Source: an uncultured Thermoplasmata archaeon
Lineage (GTDB): Archaea > Thermoplasmatota > Thermoplasmata > UBA10834
Assembly: GCA_963719945.1 (NCBI GenBank)
Contig: CAVRDX010000001.1
Location: 576,001 to 640,000, forward strand
Reading direction: 5' to 3'
DNA length: 64,000 nucleotides
Positions 47,133-56,956 of the stretch are shown here, piece after piece; the stretch's first letter is position 1, and each line of letters starts with the position of its first letter. Both the position numbers and the translations under genes were made by a program. The notes below the pieces were generated by a model, which did not search any database, was not told the origin of the DNA, and saw nothing but the letters and a program-made list of their open reading frames with translations.

Positions 47133-48164
47133 ATGCAAGTTATGGCTGATGCATCGGGATGGGATATGGCCGAATATTCACTCGTATACATACCACTGGC
47201 GGCCATTGGATTCATAGTCTTGAATCAGGGCGCTAAGTTCATCACAGACAATGCAGTTGCCATCTCCAGGAATTTTGGCATAAGTCGATTTGTAATCGGC
47301 ATGTTGGTTGTCTCCACCCTAGCCGCGCTCCCAGAAGTAGTCGTCTCGATCCTTGCGCTGAGTGAAGGAGCAGAACAGATTGCCCTGGGAAACGCTCTCG
47401 CATCCAATATCGTCACTATTGCATTCGTAATTGGCCTGACTGCGATCATCGTCCCGCTCAAGGTCACACGAGAGATGATAATGCGAGATGCAATCTTTCT
47501 CATGACCGTGACCATAGTATGCTCGGTCCTCCTGCTGGATGGCTCACTCACATTCCTCGAAGGGATAGCGTTGATGATCCTGTTCGTACCATACACAATG
47601 AATCTGCTATTGACAGGCAAATCATCAAGCGCCAAGGATATCGAGAAATCGATTGAAGATGTCAAGATACAACTTGAACTCATGGGAACGCTCTTCGGCC
47701 GCAAGATCGAGATAAGGGCAGGACCTCAGTGGCTGGTCTTTGGAATCGCCTGGACGGTGATCGGAGCTGAATTCGTAGTCAGAAGCATCATGCAAATGAC
47801 TGACTCATTCAGCCTTGACCCATGGCTTGTCGGAATCACAATCGCAGCTCTGGGAACAACGCTTCCCGACATCGCGGCATCCTACCATGCCGCCAGGAGA
47901 GGTTTCGGCGATCTCGCTCTAGGGGAGGGCATCGGAGCGAACATTGTCACGGTCCTCCTGACGCTCGGACTAATGGGGATCATCCATCCGTTTGATTTCC
48001 AGACCTCGAACGTGCTACCTATGATCCTGGCACTCAATCTTGCGACATTCATGGTGCTCGCATTCATGCTCAAAGGCATGAGAATCTCTCAACTAGGAGG
48101 ATACATACTCATCAGCACCTACTTCGGCCTGGTCCTTGCGGTCGTAGCCCTGTCCGTGTTCTAG
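47133..48164 (+). CDS. Na+/Ca2+ antiporter (CaCA, YrbG-like)
   Basis: Alpha repeats STLAALPE..GNALASN and GTTLPD..GEGIGAN. Confidence 0.88.
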   Translation: MQVMADASGWDMAEYSLVYIPLAAIGFIVLNQGAKFITDNAVAISRNFGISRFVIGMLVVSTLAALPEVVVSILALSEGAEQIALGNALASNIVTIAFVIGLTAIIVPLKVTREMIMRDAIFLMTVTIVCSVLLLDGSLTFLEGIALMILFVPYTMNLLLTGKSSSAKDIEKSIEDVKIQLELMGTLFGRKIEIRAGPQWLVFGIAWTVIGAEFVVRSIMQMTDSFSLDPWLVGITIAALGTTLPDIAASYHAARRGFGDLALGEGIGANIVTVLLTLGLMGIIHPFDFQTSNVLPMILALNLATFMVLAFMLKGMRISQLGGYILISTYFGLVLAVVALSVF

Positions 48165-48224
48165 AGCCATTCATCTTAATTACTGGTTAATCTAATCCAT
48201 ATCTCGACCGAGGAGGTAGACCGT

Positions 48225-49046
48225 TTGGGCAAACAAATGATCACAGGCCTTGAACCCGGAGAAGTGGCAGGATACGTATTCCTCTGTGGAGAACCTGAGA
48301 GGGTACCGAAGATAGCATCTGTTCTCGAGGATGGGAAGAAGCTCAGACAGGCACGTGAATACCTGATATATGGCGGGACCCTTGATGGTACACCGATCAC
48401 GATTGCATCCACTGGAATAGGCGGGCCTTCTGCGGCCATACTCGTCGAGGAGATGGCCAATCTAGGGGCGCACACATTCATCAGGATAGGGACCAGCGGA
48501 GGCATAGCGGATGGCCTCGAAAAGGGGGATTTTGTCATTGCAACTGGAGCAATACGTGCCGATGGCACCTCAAGGAGCTACGCTTGGACGGAATATCCAG
48601 CCATGGCAAACCACGAAATCATTATGGCACTAATAGACTCCGCGACCAGGAAGAAGGTGAGATTCGATGCAGGGATATGCTTCTCTGTTGACGGGTTCTA
48701 CAGCGAGAACAAGGTCATCGTTGATGGGAAGATCCAGCCAATGTCACATTCGAGCTACATGACATCGACGATGATCAGCAGGTTGGGCGATGTCAAGAAA
48801 ATGCAGGGAAAGAACATCGAGATGGAGAACGGGACGATCTTCACCGTATGCTCCTTATTCGGTCTTCGGGCCGGCGCAATCTGCACCGTTTCGGATGTGG
48901 TCCCCTGGCACCCTACGGAAAAGATACTGGATTTCGAGCAGAACATGGCAGATTGCATCTCTGTGGGCATTGATGCGATGAAGACGCTCATCTCGTGGGA
49001 CAAGAAGAAGCATGGAAAGAGATTCTACGCACCGTCACTCGGCTAG
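48225..49046 (+). CDS. Nucleoside phosphorylase (uridine phosphorylase-like)
   Basis: GEPERV, STGIGGPS, IRIGTSGG, IEME. Confidence 0.9.
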   Translation: MGKQMITGLEPGEVAGYVFLCGEPERVPKIASVLEDGKKLRQAREYLIYGGTLDGTPITIASTGIGGPSAAILVEEMANLGAHTFIRIGTSGGIADGLEKGDFVIATGAIRADGTSRSYAWTEYPAMANHEIIMALIDSATRKKVRFDAGICFSVDGFYSENKVIVDGKIQPMSHSSYMTSTMISRLGDVKKMQGKNIEMENGTIFTVCSLFGLRAGAICTVSDVVPWHPTEKILDFEQNMADCISVGIDAMKTLISWDKKKHGKRFYAPSLG

Positions 49047-50218
49047 GACGAGTCTTTCTTCCTTCGGCCACCCTTCTTTGAAGGTGTGGCTTTGGGCTCC
49101 TCTTTCGGGTTGCCCAGGACGGCGAACGGTTCTGGCCAGTCCACTGCATGGATACTGGGGGCGTCCTCCCGATCCCGGAAATATTGTTGGTAGAACTCTT
49201 CTGCGACATTCGGTATCACTGGGGAGATCATCTTGAGCAGACCAAGCCCGGTGGCCCACATAGTATACCACGCGGCCTCGTCCTTCGCATCGAGCCTCTT
49301 CCCATCATTCATGAGATAGCTGGCTGAGATCTCGTTCCGGATGAAATCCTCCACCGTCCGAAGAGCGTCCGCGGGTCTGCTGTCCTGGATATTATCATCC
49401 ACCTTCCGAGCAACTCTCACAAAACTATCCAGCAGGCTCCGATCAGAATCCTTTAGCACCATCAACTCGACGATCGGCTTTGCCTTTATGCGCTTGGTGA
49501 TATATTCCTCGAGACTCCAGAGCTGCTTCCACAATCTCGTCTCCTGACGTCGCAGTGCCAAAAGTGTTGTGGCATCAGAATATTCCCTGGACTGCAGGGC
49601 AGATGACAGATTTCGAATCGAGTCTTGGATCGAATCCACCTGGACACCGCTTCGTCCGAGCATCGGGGTGAGCTTCAGCACATCCTTGATGTATCCTCTA
49701 AGATGGCCGTGCCATTCCAGCCGGTCCTCCAGAAGATCCTTCGCCATCATCATGTTGGTCATCGCCTGATCGAACCTGCCCTCCTTGTAGGTCTCGATCG
49801 AGTCAGCAATCAGATCCTCAACGTCCTGACAGAATACCTCCGCCTTCCTGGCCTGAACAACGAGATTCTTCGCTTGTCTGAATGTGTCGATGAAGTGGAT
49901 ACTATTGAAATTGCGTTCCTCAAGGAGCTTTGCGGCCGTGTCGGAGATCAGCGCGTCTCGACTGAACAGGCATTCCACCATTGCCAACTCACCGGGCTCG
50001 GATTGCGTCAACCGTGCAGTGCTAGTCTTCACCTGCTCGCGAACCTTGGGGTTATCGTCGTTGTAATGTTTGAGAAGTATAGGCACGATAGAGAGGGGGT
50101 TCTTCCTCCCGTGCTCTTCAATCCTGTCAACCATCTTGCGTCTCCGTCCAGGCATAATGGATGACAAGTCATTAACCAAGTGCCTGTCGATTCTAAGACT
50201 CTCGACATCCTTTGACAT
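49043..50218 (-). CDS. HEAT-like helical protein with a C-terminal class Ia aaRS anticodon-binding domain
   Basis: C-terminus DRSLL...ALRTVEDFIRNEISASYL...KRL...AAWYTM...LLKMISPVIPNVAEEFYQ...SIHAVDWP; no HIGH/KMSKS. Start uncertain (ORF is open to 50344). Confidence 0.75.
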   Translation of the reverse strand: MSKDVESLRIDRHLVNDLSSIMPGRRRKMVDRIEEHGRKNPLSIVPILLKHYNDDNPKVREQVKTSTARLTQSEPGELAMVECLFSRDALISDTAAKLLEERNFNSIHFIDTFRQAKNLVVQARKAEVFCQDVEDLIADSIETYKEGRFDQAMTNMMMAKDLLEDRLEWHGHLRGYIKDVLKLTPMLGRSGVQVDSIQDSIRNLSSALQSREYSDATTLLALRRQETRLWKQLWSLEEYITKRIKAKPIVELMVLKDSDRSLLDSFVRVARKVDDNIQDSRPADALRTVEDFIRNEISASYLMNDGKRLDAKDEAAWYTMWATGLGLLKMISPVIPNVAEEFYQQYFRDREDAPSIHAVDWPEPFAVLGNPKEEPKATPSKKGGRRKKDSS

Positions 50219-50404
50219 TTCGACATCAGCGTCGCTGACATAGATTGCTCTGGTCACTATAGCACCTGGCACCCTTATGATGAGTCTGCGGATACATAAG
50301 CCTTTTCGGGTTCTGTGAATAGGCCAGAGAATCTGAGCCAGCATGCTAGGACGTTACAGATAGAGTTATCAAACAGCATCGCACTCTCCTTTAGAGGTGA
50401 ATTC

Positions 50405-50974
50405 ATGGGAGTCATTGAGTTCATTGATGATATTTGGCAGAATCTAAGAGAGAACCTGCTTGATGGCATACCAAATGCTATCGTGTTGGTTATTGGTGCA
50501 GTGATATTCCTTATCGTCGCTATGGCGATAATAATGATCATACGAAAAGTACTGACGACAATCATGCAGAGGAGCCCTCTGGACAAGAAGATAGGCGGTC
50601 TGATCGTGAAATCGATCTATGCCCTCATGCTTTTTACTATTCTTGTCGCGTTCCTTGAGATGATAGGTCTTTCACAGATCGCACTCGCCCTTGGTGCCGC
50701 GATTGCGTTCATCGCGTTGGCGATAGGCCTGGCGATGAACAGCGTCCTCGGTGACTTCGTGTCTGGCGGATTCCTCTTGGGAGAGAAGGATTTCGGAGAG
50801 GGTTTCCAGGTGGAGGCAGCAGGAGTGAAAGGCACCGTTGTTGACGTGGATATGCGGAAGACCAGAATTCAGGGGGACGATGGCATTTACTATGTCATAC
50901 CTAACAAAGCAGTGGAAGGAGCCACCTGGAAGGTTTTCAAGAGACCCGCGGAGACCAAGAAGAAGATCTTCTAA
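50405..50974 (+). CDS. mscS: Small-conductance mechanosensitive channel
   Basis: AIGLAMNSVLGDFVSG; GVKGTVVDVDMRKT; IPN. Confidence 0.88.
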   Translation: MGVIEFIDDIWQNLRENLLDGIPNAIVLVIGAVIFLIVAMAIIMIIRKVLTTIMQRSPLDKKIGGLIVKSIYALMLFTILVAFLEMIGLSQIALALGAAIAFIALAIGLAMNSVLGDFVSGGFLLGEKDFGEGFQVEAAGVKGTVVDVDMRKTRIQGDDGIYYVIPNKAVEGATWKVFKRPAETKKKIF

Positions 50975-51705
50975 ACCCTTCCCTTTCCCCTCATTTTCCT
51001 TATCTCTGGAAATCTCAACGCTTTGTTTCCAGTGAACACGATGGGAATGAAGCCGCCAAAACCTATTCCCTCGAAGAGGGGGGACATGGTGTCTGACGAT
51101 GACTGTCTGACGACATCGACCCCTCCGGCCAGTATGCTCTGGGCGGGCAAGACTAGGGTGCTCTGCTCCTCGCTATAGAGGAAACAATTATCCTTCACCG
51201 AGGCCCCGGCTGTATCCCTAAGAACGATCGAAGGATGCAAATGCCCGATGATTGTCGGCCGGTCGTCCAACGAACCCTGATGTCCGTGAAGGATACGGAT
51301 ACCGCAAACCTCTAACTCTTTCACAAGAGGAATCGAATGCTCCCGAAGTATCAGCCCGAGATAATTGTCATGATTACCCTTCACCACCTCGACTGACAGA
51401 TTTGAGGAGAGGTCGGACACGAAACTGGACACATCATCCCATTCCTGTTCAAGGTTACGTGAGAAATTGTGTTTGAGATCCCCCACAATGATTATTCTGG
51501 AGACATCCAGATTATCGATGAGTCCAGACAGGTAATTCCGGATATGACGAGTCTGCATCCTTGGGATGCTCATGCCTTCGTATTCAAGCGCCGCTTCACA
51601 GCCCAGGTGTAGGTCTGATATAAGGAGAGCTTTTGCATCTGGCAGCAGCGCTGCTCCTCCTGGGAACAGCCTTATCGAATCGTTAAGTCTAAAACCGCGA
51701 CGCAC
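50971..51705 (-). CDS. Calcineurin-like metallophosphoesterase
   Basis: SDLHLG, GDLKH, GNHD, HGH, GHLHP. Confidence 0.9.
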   Translation of the reverse strand: MRRGFRLNDSIRLFPGGAALLPDAKALLISDLHLGCEAALEYEGMSIPRMQTRHIRNYLSGLIDNLDVSRIIIVGDLKHNFSRNLEQEWDDVSSFVSDLSSNLSVEVVKGNHDNYLGLILREHSIPLVKELEVCGIRILHGHQGSLDDRPTIIGHLHPSIVLRDTAGASVKDNCFLYSEEQSTLVLPAQSILAGGVDVVRQSSSDTMSPLFEGIGFGGFIPIVFTGNKALRFPEIRKMRGKGRV

Positions 51706-51803
51706 GTCTGAGGACTAGTGCGGACCTTCTTAACAACCTTTGCGACTATTTTTGTGCACCTGGGTAGCTGTTTAAATACGGTCAAAGGCAGTCGCCCGTC
51801 GAT

Positions 51804-52601
51804 ATGCTCGAGAATACTTTCGTTCTCCTCAAAGGCATAGGCGCTTCCAGGGAGACCATGCTATGGAGATCGGGCATCCACACTTGGAAGGATTTTGTAT
51901 CTTCAGAAGAAGTAAAGGGCATCGCCGATGCCCGCAAGGAATCCATGAATCTCACCCTAATGGAGGCACAGGCCAGACTCAGAGAGCGGGATTCACGCTA
52001 TTTCGCATCTAACCTGCCATCGAAAGAGCTGTGGAGATGCTTATCAGATTTCTCAGGCAATGCTATCTATCTAGACATAGAGACCACGGGATTATCCTTG
52101 ATGTCCCCCGTAACTGTCGTCGGCATATACGATGGCAGGAGGATGCACACTCTCATCAAGGGCCAGAACCTGTCGGCCAGCTCGCTCAATGCGATCCTGG
52201 ACTCTGCGGATATGATAGTTACCTTCAACGGCGCGAGCTTTGATCTGCCTGTTCTCAGAGCACAGTTCCCAGGAACCATACCTGATGTGCCCCATGTTGA
52301 TCTCAGGAATGTCCTCCGCAAGCTCGGCCTGAAGGGCGGACTCAAAGCGATAGAGAGGCAGCTTGGAATAGATAGAGATCAGAGAGTCGAGTACATGACC
52401 GGGTCGGAAGCGGTGTATCTCTGGCGACTTTGGGAGAGACAGGGGAAGAGGAACGCTCTGGACCTATTGATCGAATACAACTCCGCTGACTGCGTGAACC
52501 TGAAATCGTTATCCGAATATGCTTATGGCAAACTCAGACATGCCACATTCGAACGCATCGCTTTGATGAATGACCGATTATCGGATGAAGCTTTGAGGTA
52601 G
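51804..52601 (+). CDS. RNase H-like (DnaQ/YprB-type) exonuclease
   Basis: YLDIETTG, TFNGASFDLP, GGLKAIERQLG, YNSAD. Confidence 0.88.
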   Translation: MLENTFVLLKGIGASRETMLWRSGIHTWKDFVSSEEVKGIADARKESMNLTLMEAQARLRERDSRYFASNLPSKELWRCLSDFSGNAIYLDIETTGLSLMSPVTVVGIYDGRRMHTLIKGQNLSASSLNAILDSADMIVTFNGASFDLPVLRAQFPGTIPDVPHVDLRNVLRKLGLKGGLKAIERQLGIDRDQRVEYMTGSEAVYLWRLWERQGKRNALDLLIEYNSADCVNLKSLSEYAYGKLRHATFERIALMNDRLSDEALR

Positions 52602-52606
52602 ATTGA

Positions 52607-52753
52607 ATGGATGGGCTTCTAGGACTTATCTTGGCAATCCTCGTGTTCGTGATAATAATACTACTCGTGAATCGTTCGATCAAGACTATAATACTGCTTG
52701 GAGTATGCATAGGCGTATTCCTGGTACTGGCATACATGGGGGTCCTGGGTTGA
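52607..52753 (+). CDS. 48-aa two-TM small membrane protein
   Basis: Hand translation MDGLLGLILAILVFVIIILLVNRSIKTIILLGVCIGVFLVLAYMGVLG; fills the gap between the exonuclease and recJ; RBS GAGGT. Confidence 0.75.
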   Translation: MDGLLGLILAILVFVIIILLVNRSIKTIILLGVCIGVFLVLAYMGVLG

Positions 52754-52755
52754 CG

Positions 52756-54237
52756 ATGGACGCTGCTGATGAATTCATAGAGACAGTTCACATGGATCTA
52801 TGGCGTTCTGCTGAGGAAGCGGCAAGGGCAATCAGATCTAGCACAGATATTATCGTCGCCACGCACATAGACGCGGATGGCATATCCGCTGGTGCAATCG
52901 CAAGCGGCGCTCTCAGGCGACTCAATAGAAAGCATAAGGTCCTCTTCTTCAAGAAGCTCGACGAGGAAGCCATCGATTCCATCAGGGCGGAGGAGCCTGA
53001 CCTTGTATGGTACACTGATCTCGGAAGCGGGTCTATATCCAAGCTGGGAGACATTCTCGCAGTCGTATCGGACCATCATGTGCCTGAACCAGGACACGAG
53101 ACGAGCTCCAAGAACGGCCAGGCCAGACTCTTCGATTTCCCCAGTGTGATACAGGTCAACCCTCAATTGCACGGCATATCTGGAGCAAACGAGCTGAGTG
53201 GGGCGGGAGCCACATTCCTTGTGGCTCTGGCGCTAGACAAGGACAACATAGACCTTGCGCACCTCGCGGTGTTGGGCAGTGTCGGAGACCTGCAGGACCA
53301 GAAGAGCAGGAGATTGATCGGCCTCAATAGATCCATAATATCAGCCGCAATCTCCGCAGGAAGGCTCGATGCCTTCGAGGATCTGCGCCTCTTTGGAAGA
53401 GAGACGAGACCGGTATACAAGATGTTGGAATACGCCTCCGACCCATTCCTTCCAGGAATAACCGGGAACGAGCAGGGAGCAATTGGATTCATTCTGGAAC
53501 ACGACATCGAACCGAAGGAAGGAGATATTTGGAAGTCCTGGTCTATGCTGACTCCGGCCGAGAGGGATGAACTCATATCAGGACTTCGAGAACATCTGCG
53601 TCTCAAGGGGCGCAAGATGGAGACCATACTGAGATTGACTGGTGAAGTCTATGTCCTAAAGAAGGAAGCCAGCGGGTCCCCGGTCAGGGACGCAAAGGAA
53701 TTCGCGACCCTTCTGAACGCGTGCGGACGGCACGGGAGCGCGGAGACTGGGCTTGAGATCTGCCTTGGAGACCGAGGTGAGGTGCTGGCGCGGGGGTTGG
53801 CGCTACTCAGAGACCACCGATCCGCACTGAGCCAGGCGATAGAATACGCGAAAAGCATTGGAATAGTCAGGTTGAGGAACATACAGTACTTCGATGCGGG
53901 AGACGAGATAGAGGAGACCATCGTCGGAACCGTGGCGGGCATGCTATTGGGTGACGCTGGTTCTGACAGGAGCGCACCGATGGTCGCATTCGCTGATTCC
54001 CTGGACTCCTCCGACGAGATAAAGACCAAGGCTTCCGCAAGAGGAACTCAGGATTTGGTGGCAAGAGGCATGGACCTCTCGGTAGCTATCAGGGCAGCAG
54101 CAGAAAAAGTAGGTGGCGTTGGAGGCGGGCACAATATCGCTGCTGGCGCAACGATCCCGGCCTCCAGGAAAGAGGATTTCTTGAAGGAACTGGACACCAT
54201 CGTAGAGGTGCAGCTCACTTCGAAAGCGCGGCCATGA
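52756..54237 (+). CDS. recJ: Archaeal RecJ/GAN-type DHH-DHHA1 exonuclease
   Basis: HIDADG, TDLGSG, SDHH, GDLQD, LNACGR, GGGHNIAAGA; start reassigned to MDAADE. Confidence 0.9.
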   Translation: MDAADEFIETVHMDLWRSAEEAARAIRSSTDIIVATHIDADGISAGAIASGALRRLNRKHKVLFFKKLDEEAIDSIRAEEPDLVWYTDLGSGSISKLGDILAVVSDHHVPEPGHETSSKNGQARLFDFPSVIQVNPQLHGISGANELSGAGATFLVALALDKDNIDLAHLAVLGSVGDLQDQKSRRLIGLNRSIISAAISAGRLDAFEDLRLFGRETRPVYKMLEYASDPFLPGITGNEQGAIGFILEHDIEPKEGDIWKSWSMLTPAERDELISGLREHLRLKGRKMETILRLTGEVYVLKKEASGSPVRDAKEFATLLNACGRHGSAETGLEICLGDRGEVLARGLALLRDHRSALSQAIEYAKSIGIVRLRNIQYFDAGDEIEETIVGTVAGMLLGDAGSDRSAPMVAFADSLDSSDEIKTKASARGTQDLVARGMDLSVAIRAAAEKVGGVGGGHNIAAGATIPASRKEDFLKELDTIVEVQLTSKARP

Positions 54238-55135
54238 GGACTGCTTTCTGCGCATGCATCCTGTTCTCTGCCTGATCGAACACGACACTGTGTGGTCCGT
54301 CGATTATCTCGGCAGACATCTCGTATCCACGGTGTGCAGGTAGGCAGTGCATGAATATCCAGTCCTTGTTGGCCTTCTCAGCTAGCTTCTCGTTCACCTG
54401 ATACGGCAGGAATATCTTCTCACGAGCAGCCTTCTCCGCTTCCTGGCCCATTGATATCCAGGTGTCAGTGTAGATCACGTCTGCACCTTCGGCTCCCTGG
54501 AACGGATTCGACATCAGTTCGATCTTGCAGCCGGTCCCGCTTGCGATTCCTTCGGCCTTTGAGACAATATCTGCGTTGGGCCGGTAGTCTTTGGGGGTTA
54601 CTGCTCGCATGTTCATGCCCAACAGGGCAGATCCCAATAGCAGCGAGTTGCACACATTGTTGCCGTCTCCGATGTATACCAGTTGAAGGCCCTTGAAGTT
54701 CTTCTTCTTCTCCAATATCGTCAGCATATCAGCCGCGCACTGGCAGGGATGCTCCAAGTCGTCCAGGCCGTTTATCACCGGGACCTGGGCGTGCTCCGCG
54801 AGCTCACGCATTATCTTGTTGCTGAACGCCCTGTACATTATGACATCGACATATCTGCTGAGAACGTTCGCCACATCAGAGACAGTCTCGCGCTTGCCGA
54901 TCCCGACTTCGTCGGGGCCTATGTACATCGACTGTCCACCCAGCTGGGACATTCCAACCTCGAAGGAGACTCGCGTCCTGAGACTTGGTTTCTCAAAGAC
55001 CATGCCTAGCATCTTGCCCTTGAGCGGGTCCTTCTTCTGACCTTTCTTTGGTCCGGATTTCATGTTGAGTGCGTTCTCGAGAATCTTCTCGAAATCGTCT
55101 TTCATGTCGAGAACAGAGATGATGTCTCGCTTCAA
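54215..55135 (-). CDS. argF: Ornithine carbamoyltransferase
   Basis: FEKPSLRTR, HPCQ, GDGNN, DTWISMG, HCLP, QAENR; TTG start after GGTGA. Confidence 0.93.
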   Translation of the reverse strand: MKRDIISVLDMKDDFEKILENALNMKSGPKKGQKKDPLKGKMLGMVFEKPSLRTRVSFEVGMSQLGGQSMYIGPDEVGIGKRETVSDVANVLSRYVDVIMYRAFSNKIMRELAEHAQVPVINGLDDLEHPCQCAADMLTILEKKKNFKGLQLVYIGDGNNVCNSLLLGSALLGMNMRAVTPKDYRPNADIVSKAEGIASGTGCKIELMSNPFQGAEGADVIYTDTWISMGQEAEKAAREKIFLPYQVNEKLAEKANKDWIFMHCLPAHRGYEMSAEIIDGPHSVVFDQAENRMHAQKAVLMAALSK

Positions 55136-55518
55136 TACAATCACCGCCCTCCGCAAGTGCCAACAACACCTTAAGTCTTTTGAATGTTCAAAATTGGACT
55201 TCGGTGAAAACCGTCGAGATGCTAATCAGTTACCGCATCTGGATAGACCGCAGAGCAGGCAGGATACGCAGCCAGATAGATTCACTAATATCCCCCCGCA
55301 TTCGGGGCAACACTGAGGTTCATGGACGCGCTGGAAGCGAGTGTCCGATGGATCCAATGTGAATAACTCCCTCTCCATGCATCCAAGAACACATCTAGGG
55401 GAGATACCATTTGGTCCAGGGGTAACGCGAAAGTACTAGGCATCAACTCAAATGAAGAACTGGCCCAGACACCACTGTGACAAGCTTTATGTATGGAAAT
55501 ATCATGGAGGCGAAATAT

Positions 55519-55593
55519 GGCCGGGGTGGGGTAGTGGTATCCTTGGGGACTGTGGATCCCTTGACCCGGGTTCAATTCCCGGTCCCGGCCCCA
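55519..55593 (+). tRNA. tRNA-His (GTG) with encoded G-1 and CCA
   Basis: G-GCCGGGG...GGGGA-CTGTGGA-TCCCT...CCGGG-TTCAATT-CCCGG-TCCCGGC-C-CCA. Confidence 0.96.
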
Positions 55594-55606
55594 CTAATCT
55601 CGACCA

Positions 55607-55972
55607 TTATCCTTCGGTGAATTTCGCCCCGCAGTTAGGACACTCATTGTCGCCCTCAGATACAGGTTTTCCACAAGCAGGGCATTCGTATTCCGTGAGG
55701 TCAGGTCCCTGGGCCTGCGAGACATCATTCTCAGGGCCATCAAGAACGACAGAAGAATTCTCGTCTACCGACTCCGCGAACACAGAGAATTCGGTCCCAC
55801 ATGCTCCGCATCTCGTGCTGTTCAAAGACACCAATTCTCCGCAGAAGGGACATTCGAAACGGATATTCTCGAAGGATGCGCCGCATCTAGGACAGCTCTT
55901 CTCTATCCCAGAAACCGTCTTTCCGCATGAAACACATGCCAAAATGAACACGGGCGCGGGGGATTCGGTCAT
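55607..55972 (-). CDS. Small acidic protein with three zinc ribbons
   Basis: CVSC..CPRC, CPFC..CGAC, CPAC..CPNC. Confidence 0.85.
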   Translation of the reverse strand: MTESPAPVFILACVSCGKTVSGIEKSCPRCGASFENIRFECPFCGELVSLNSTRCGACGTEFSVFAESVDENSSVVLDGPENDVSQAQGPDLTEYECPACGKPVSEGDNECPNCGAKFTEG

Positions 55973-56049
55973 CTATACATCATTAAACTGCAGATATATA
56001 ATCCGTTGCCAGACGACCTGTTTTTTGACCAAGAGAAGGACCGATAGAT

Positions 56050-56895
56050 TCATCTTCTCTTCGATTTAGTCGATTTCTTCTTTGTCGGCTTCTTGGAGGC
56101 CTTCTTTGGAGTGACTTTCTTCTTCGAGGGCTTCTTCGGTGATGATTTCACCAGTTTCTTTGAGGACTTCTTCGTCGCCGATTTCTTCGCGGTCTTCTTC
56201 AAAGCAGGTCTCTTCTTCGGCTTCGCACGCTTGGACACGGGTTTCTTGGCAGGTTTGACGATTTTTCGTATCTTCTTGGTAGTCCTCACCCGAGGTCTGG
56301 ATCTTGCAGGCACAATAGCAGGCGGCGGTTCTTTTGCGAACACTGCATCCGGTACGGATCGCGTTTCATCGATAGCTGGTGGCTCCTCAAATGACTCTTC
56401 TTCAAGCATGGGCGCCATTTCGGGGAGCTCCTCGAAGACCGCCTGACAGCTTGAGCATGATTTTGCAGATATGGATATCTTCTCACCACATACTGGACAA
56501 TCCACCTTTGCTTCCTCTAATGGCAGATCGCATCTTGGACATTTGTCCTCATCCCCTCGGATCATAAGGCCACAGCCTGGGCACGCAACTCGACGGATCG
56601 TCGACTTCAGCTGCTCGAGCTCAGTATTGATGATAGTGTCAACGAACGAATCCATGTCGAATCCTGAGCTGGTCCTCAACACACTCTCCGAGAATTCGGT
56701 CAGGTCGATCCCGCAAGCGGAACACTGGGTAGCATTGCGCCAGATCAAACCAGAACAGAAAGGGCATTCGAAGAGGGTCCCAGGTCCAAATTTGAGTCCG
56801 CATCGCGGACACTCACCGTCCCTGGATCTGACGATCCTTCCGCATTTGAAACAGCTCAGAAAGATGTCCTTTGTCTCCTCGGCCATCATTAACAC
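56050..56895 (-). CDS. Four-zinc-ribbon protein with Lys-rich H1-like C-terminal tail
   Basis: Four CxxC-x10-CxxC units; tail KKPVSKRAKPKK...KKSTKSKRR. Confidence 0.85.
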   Translation of the reverse strand: MLMMAEETKDIFLSCFKCGRIVRSRDGECPRCGLKFGPGTLFECPFCSGLIWRNATQCSACGIDLTEFSESVLRTSSGFDMDSFVDTIINTELEQLKSTIRRVACPGCGLMIRGDEDKCPRCDLPLEEAKVDCPVCGEKISISAKSCSSCQAVFEELPEMAPMLEEESFEEPPAIDETRSVPDAVFAKEPPPAIVPARSRPRVRTTKKIRKIVKPAKKPVSKRAKPKKRPALKKTAKKSATKKSSKKLVKSSPKKPSKKKVTPKKASKKPTKKKSTKSKRR

Positions 56896-56956
56896 GAGAT
56901 AGCATCTCCGTTATTTAAATCATTGAATACAGCGCAAATGAGATTATGATGATAAT

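Noticed and set aside
55180-55500. Several short hairpins and a 60-aa ORF between argF and tRNA-His
   Set aside because: No SRP, RNase P or box C/D signature recognised, and the stems are short enough to arise by chance.
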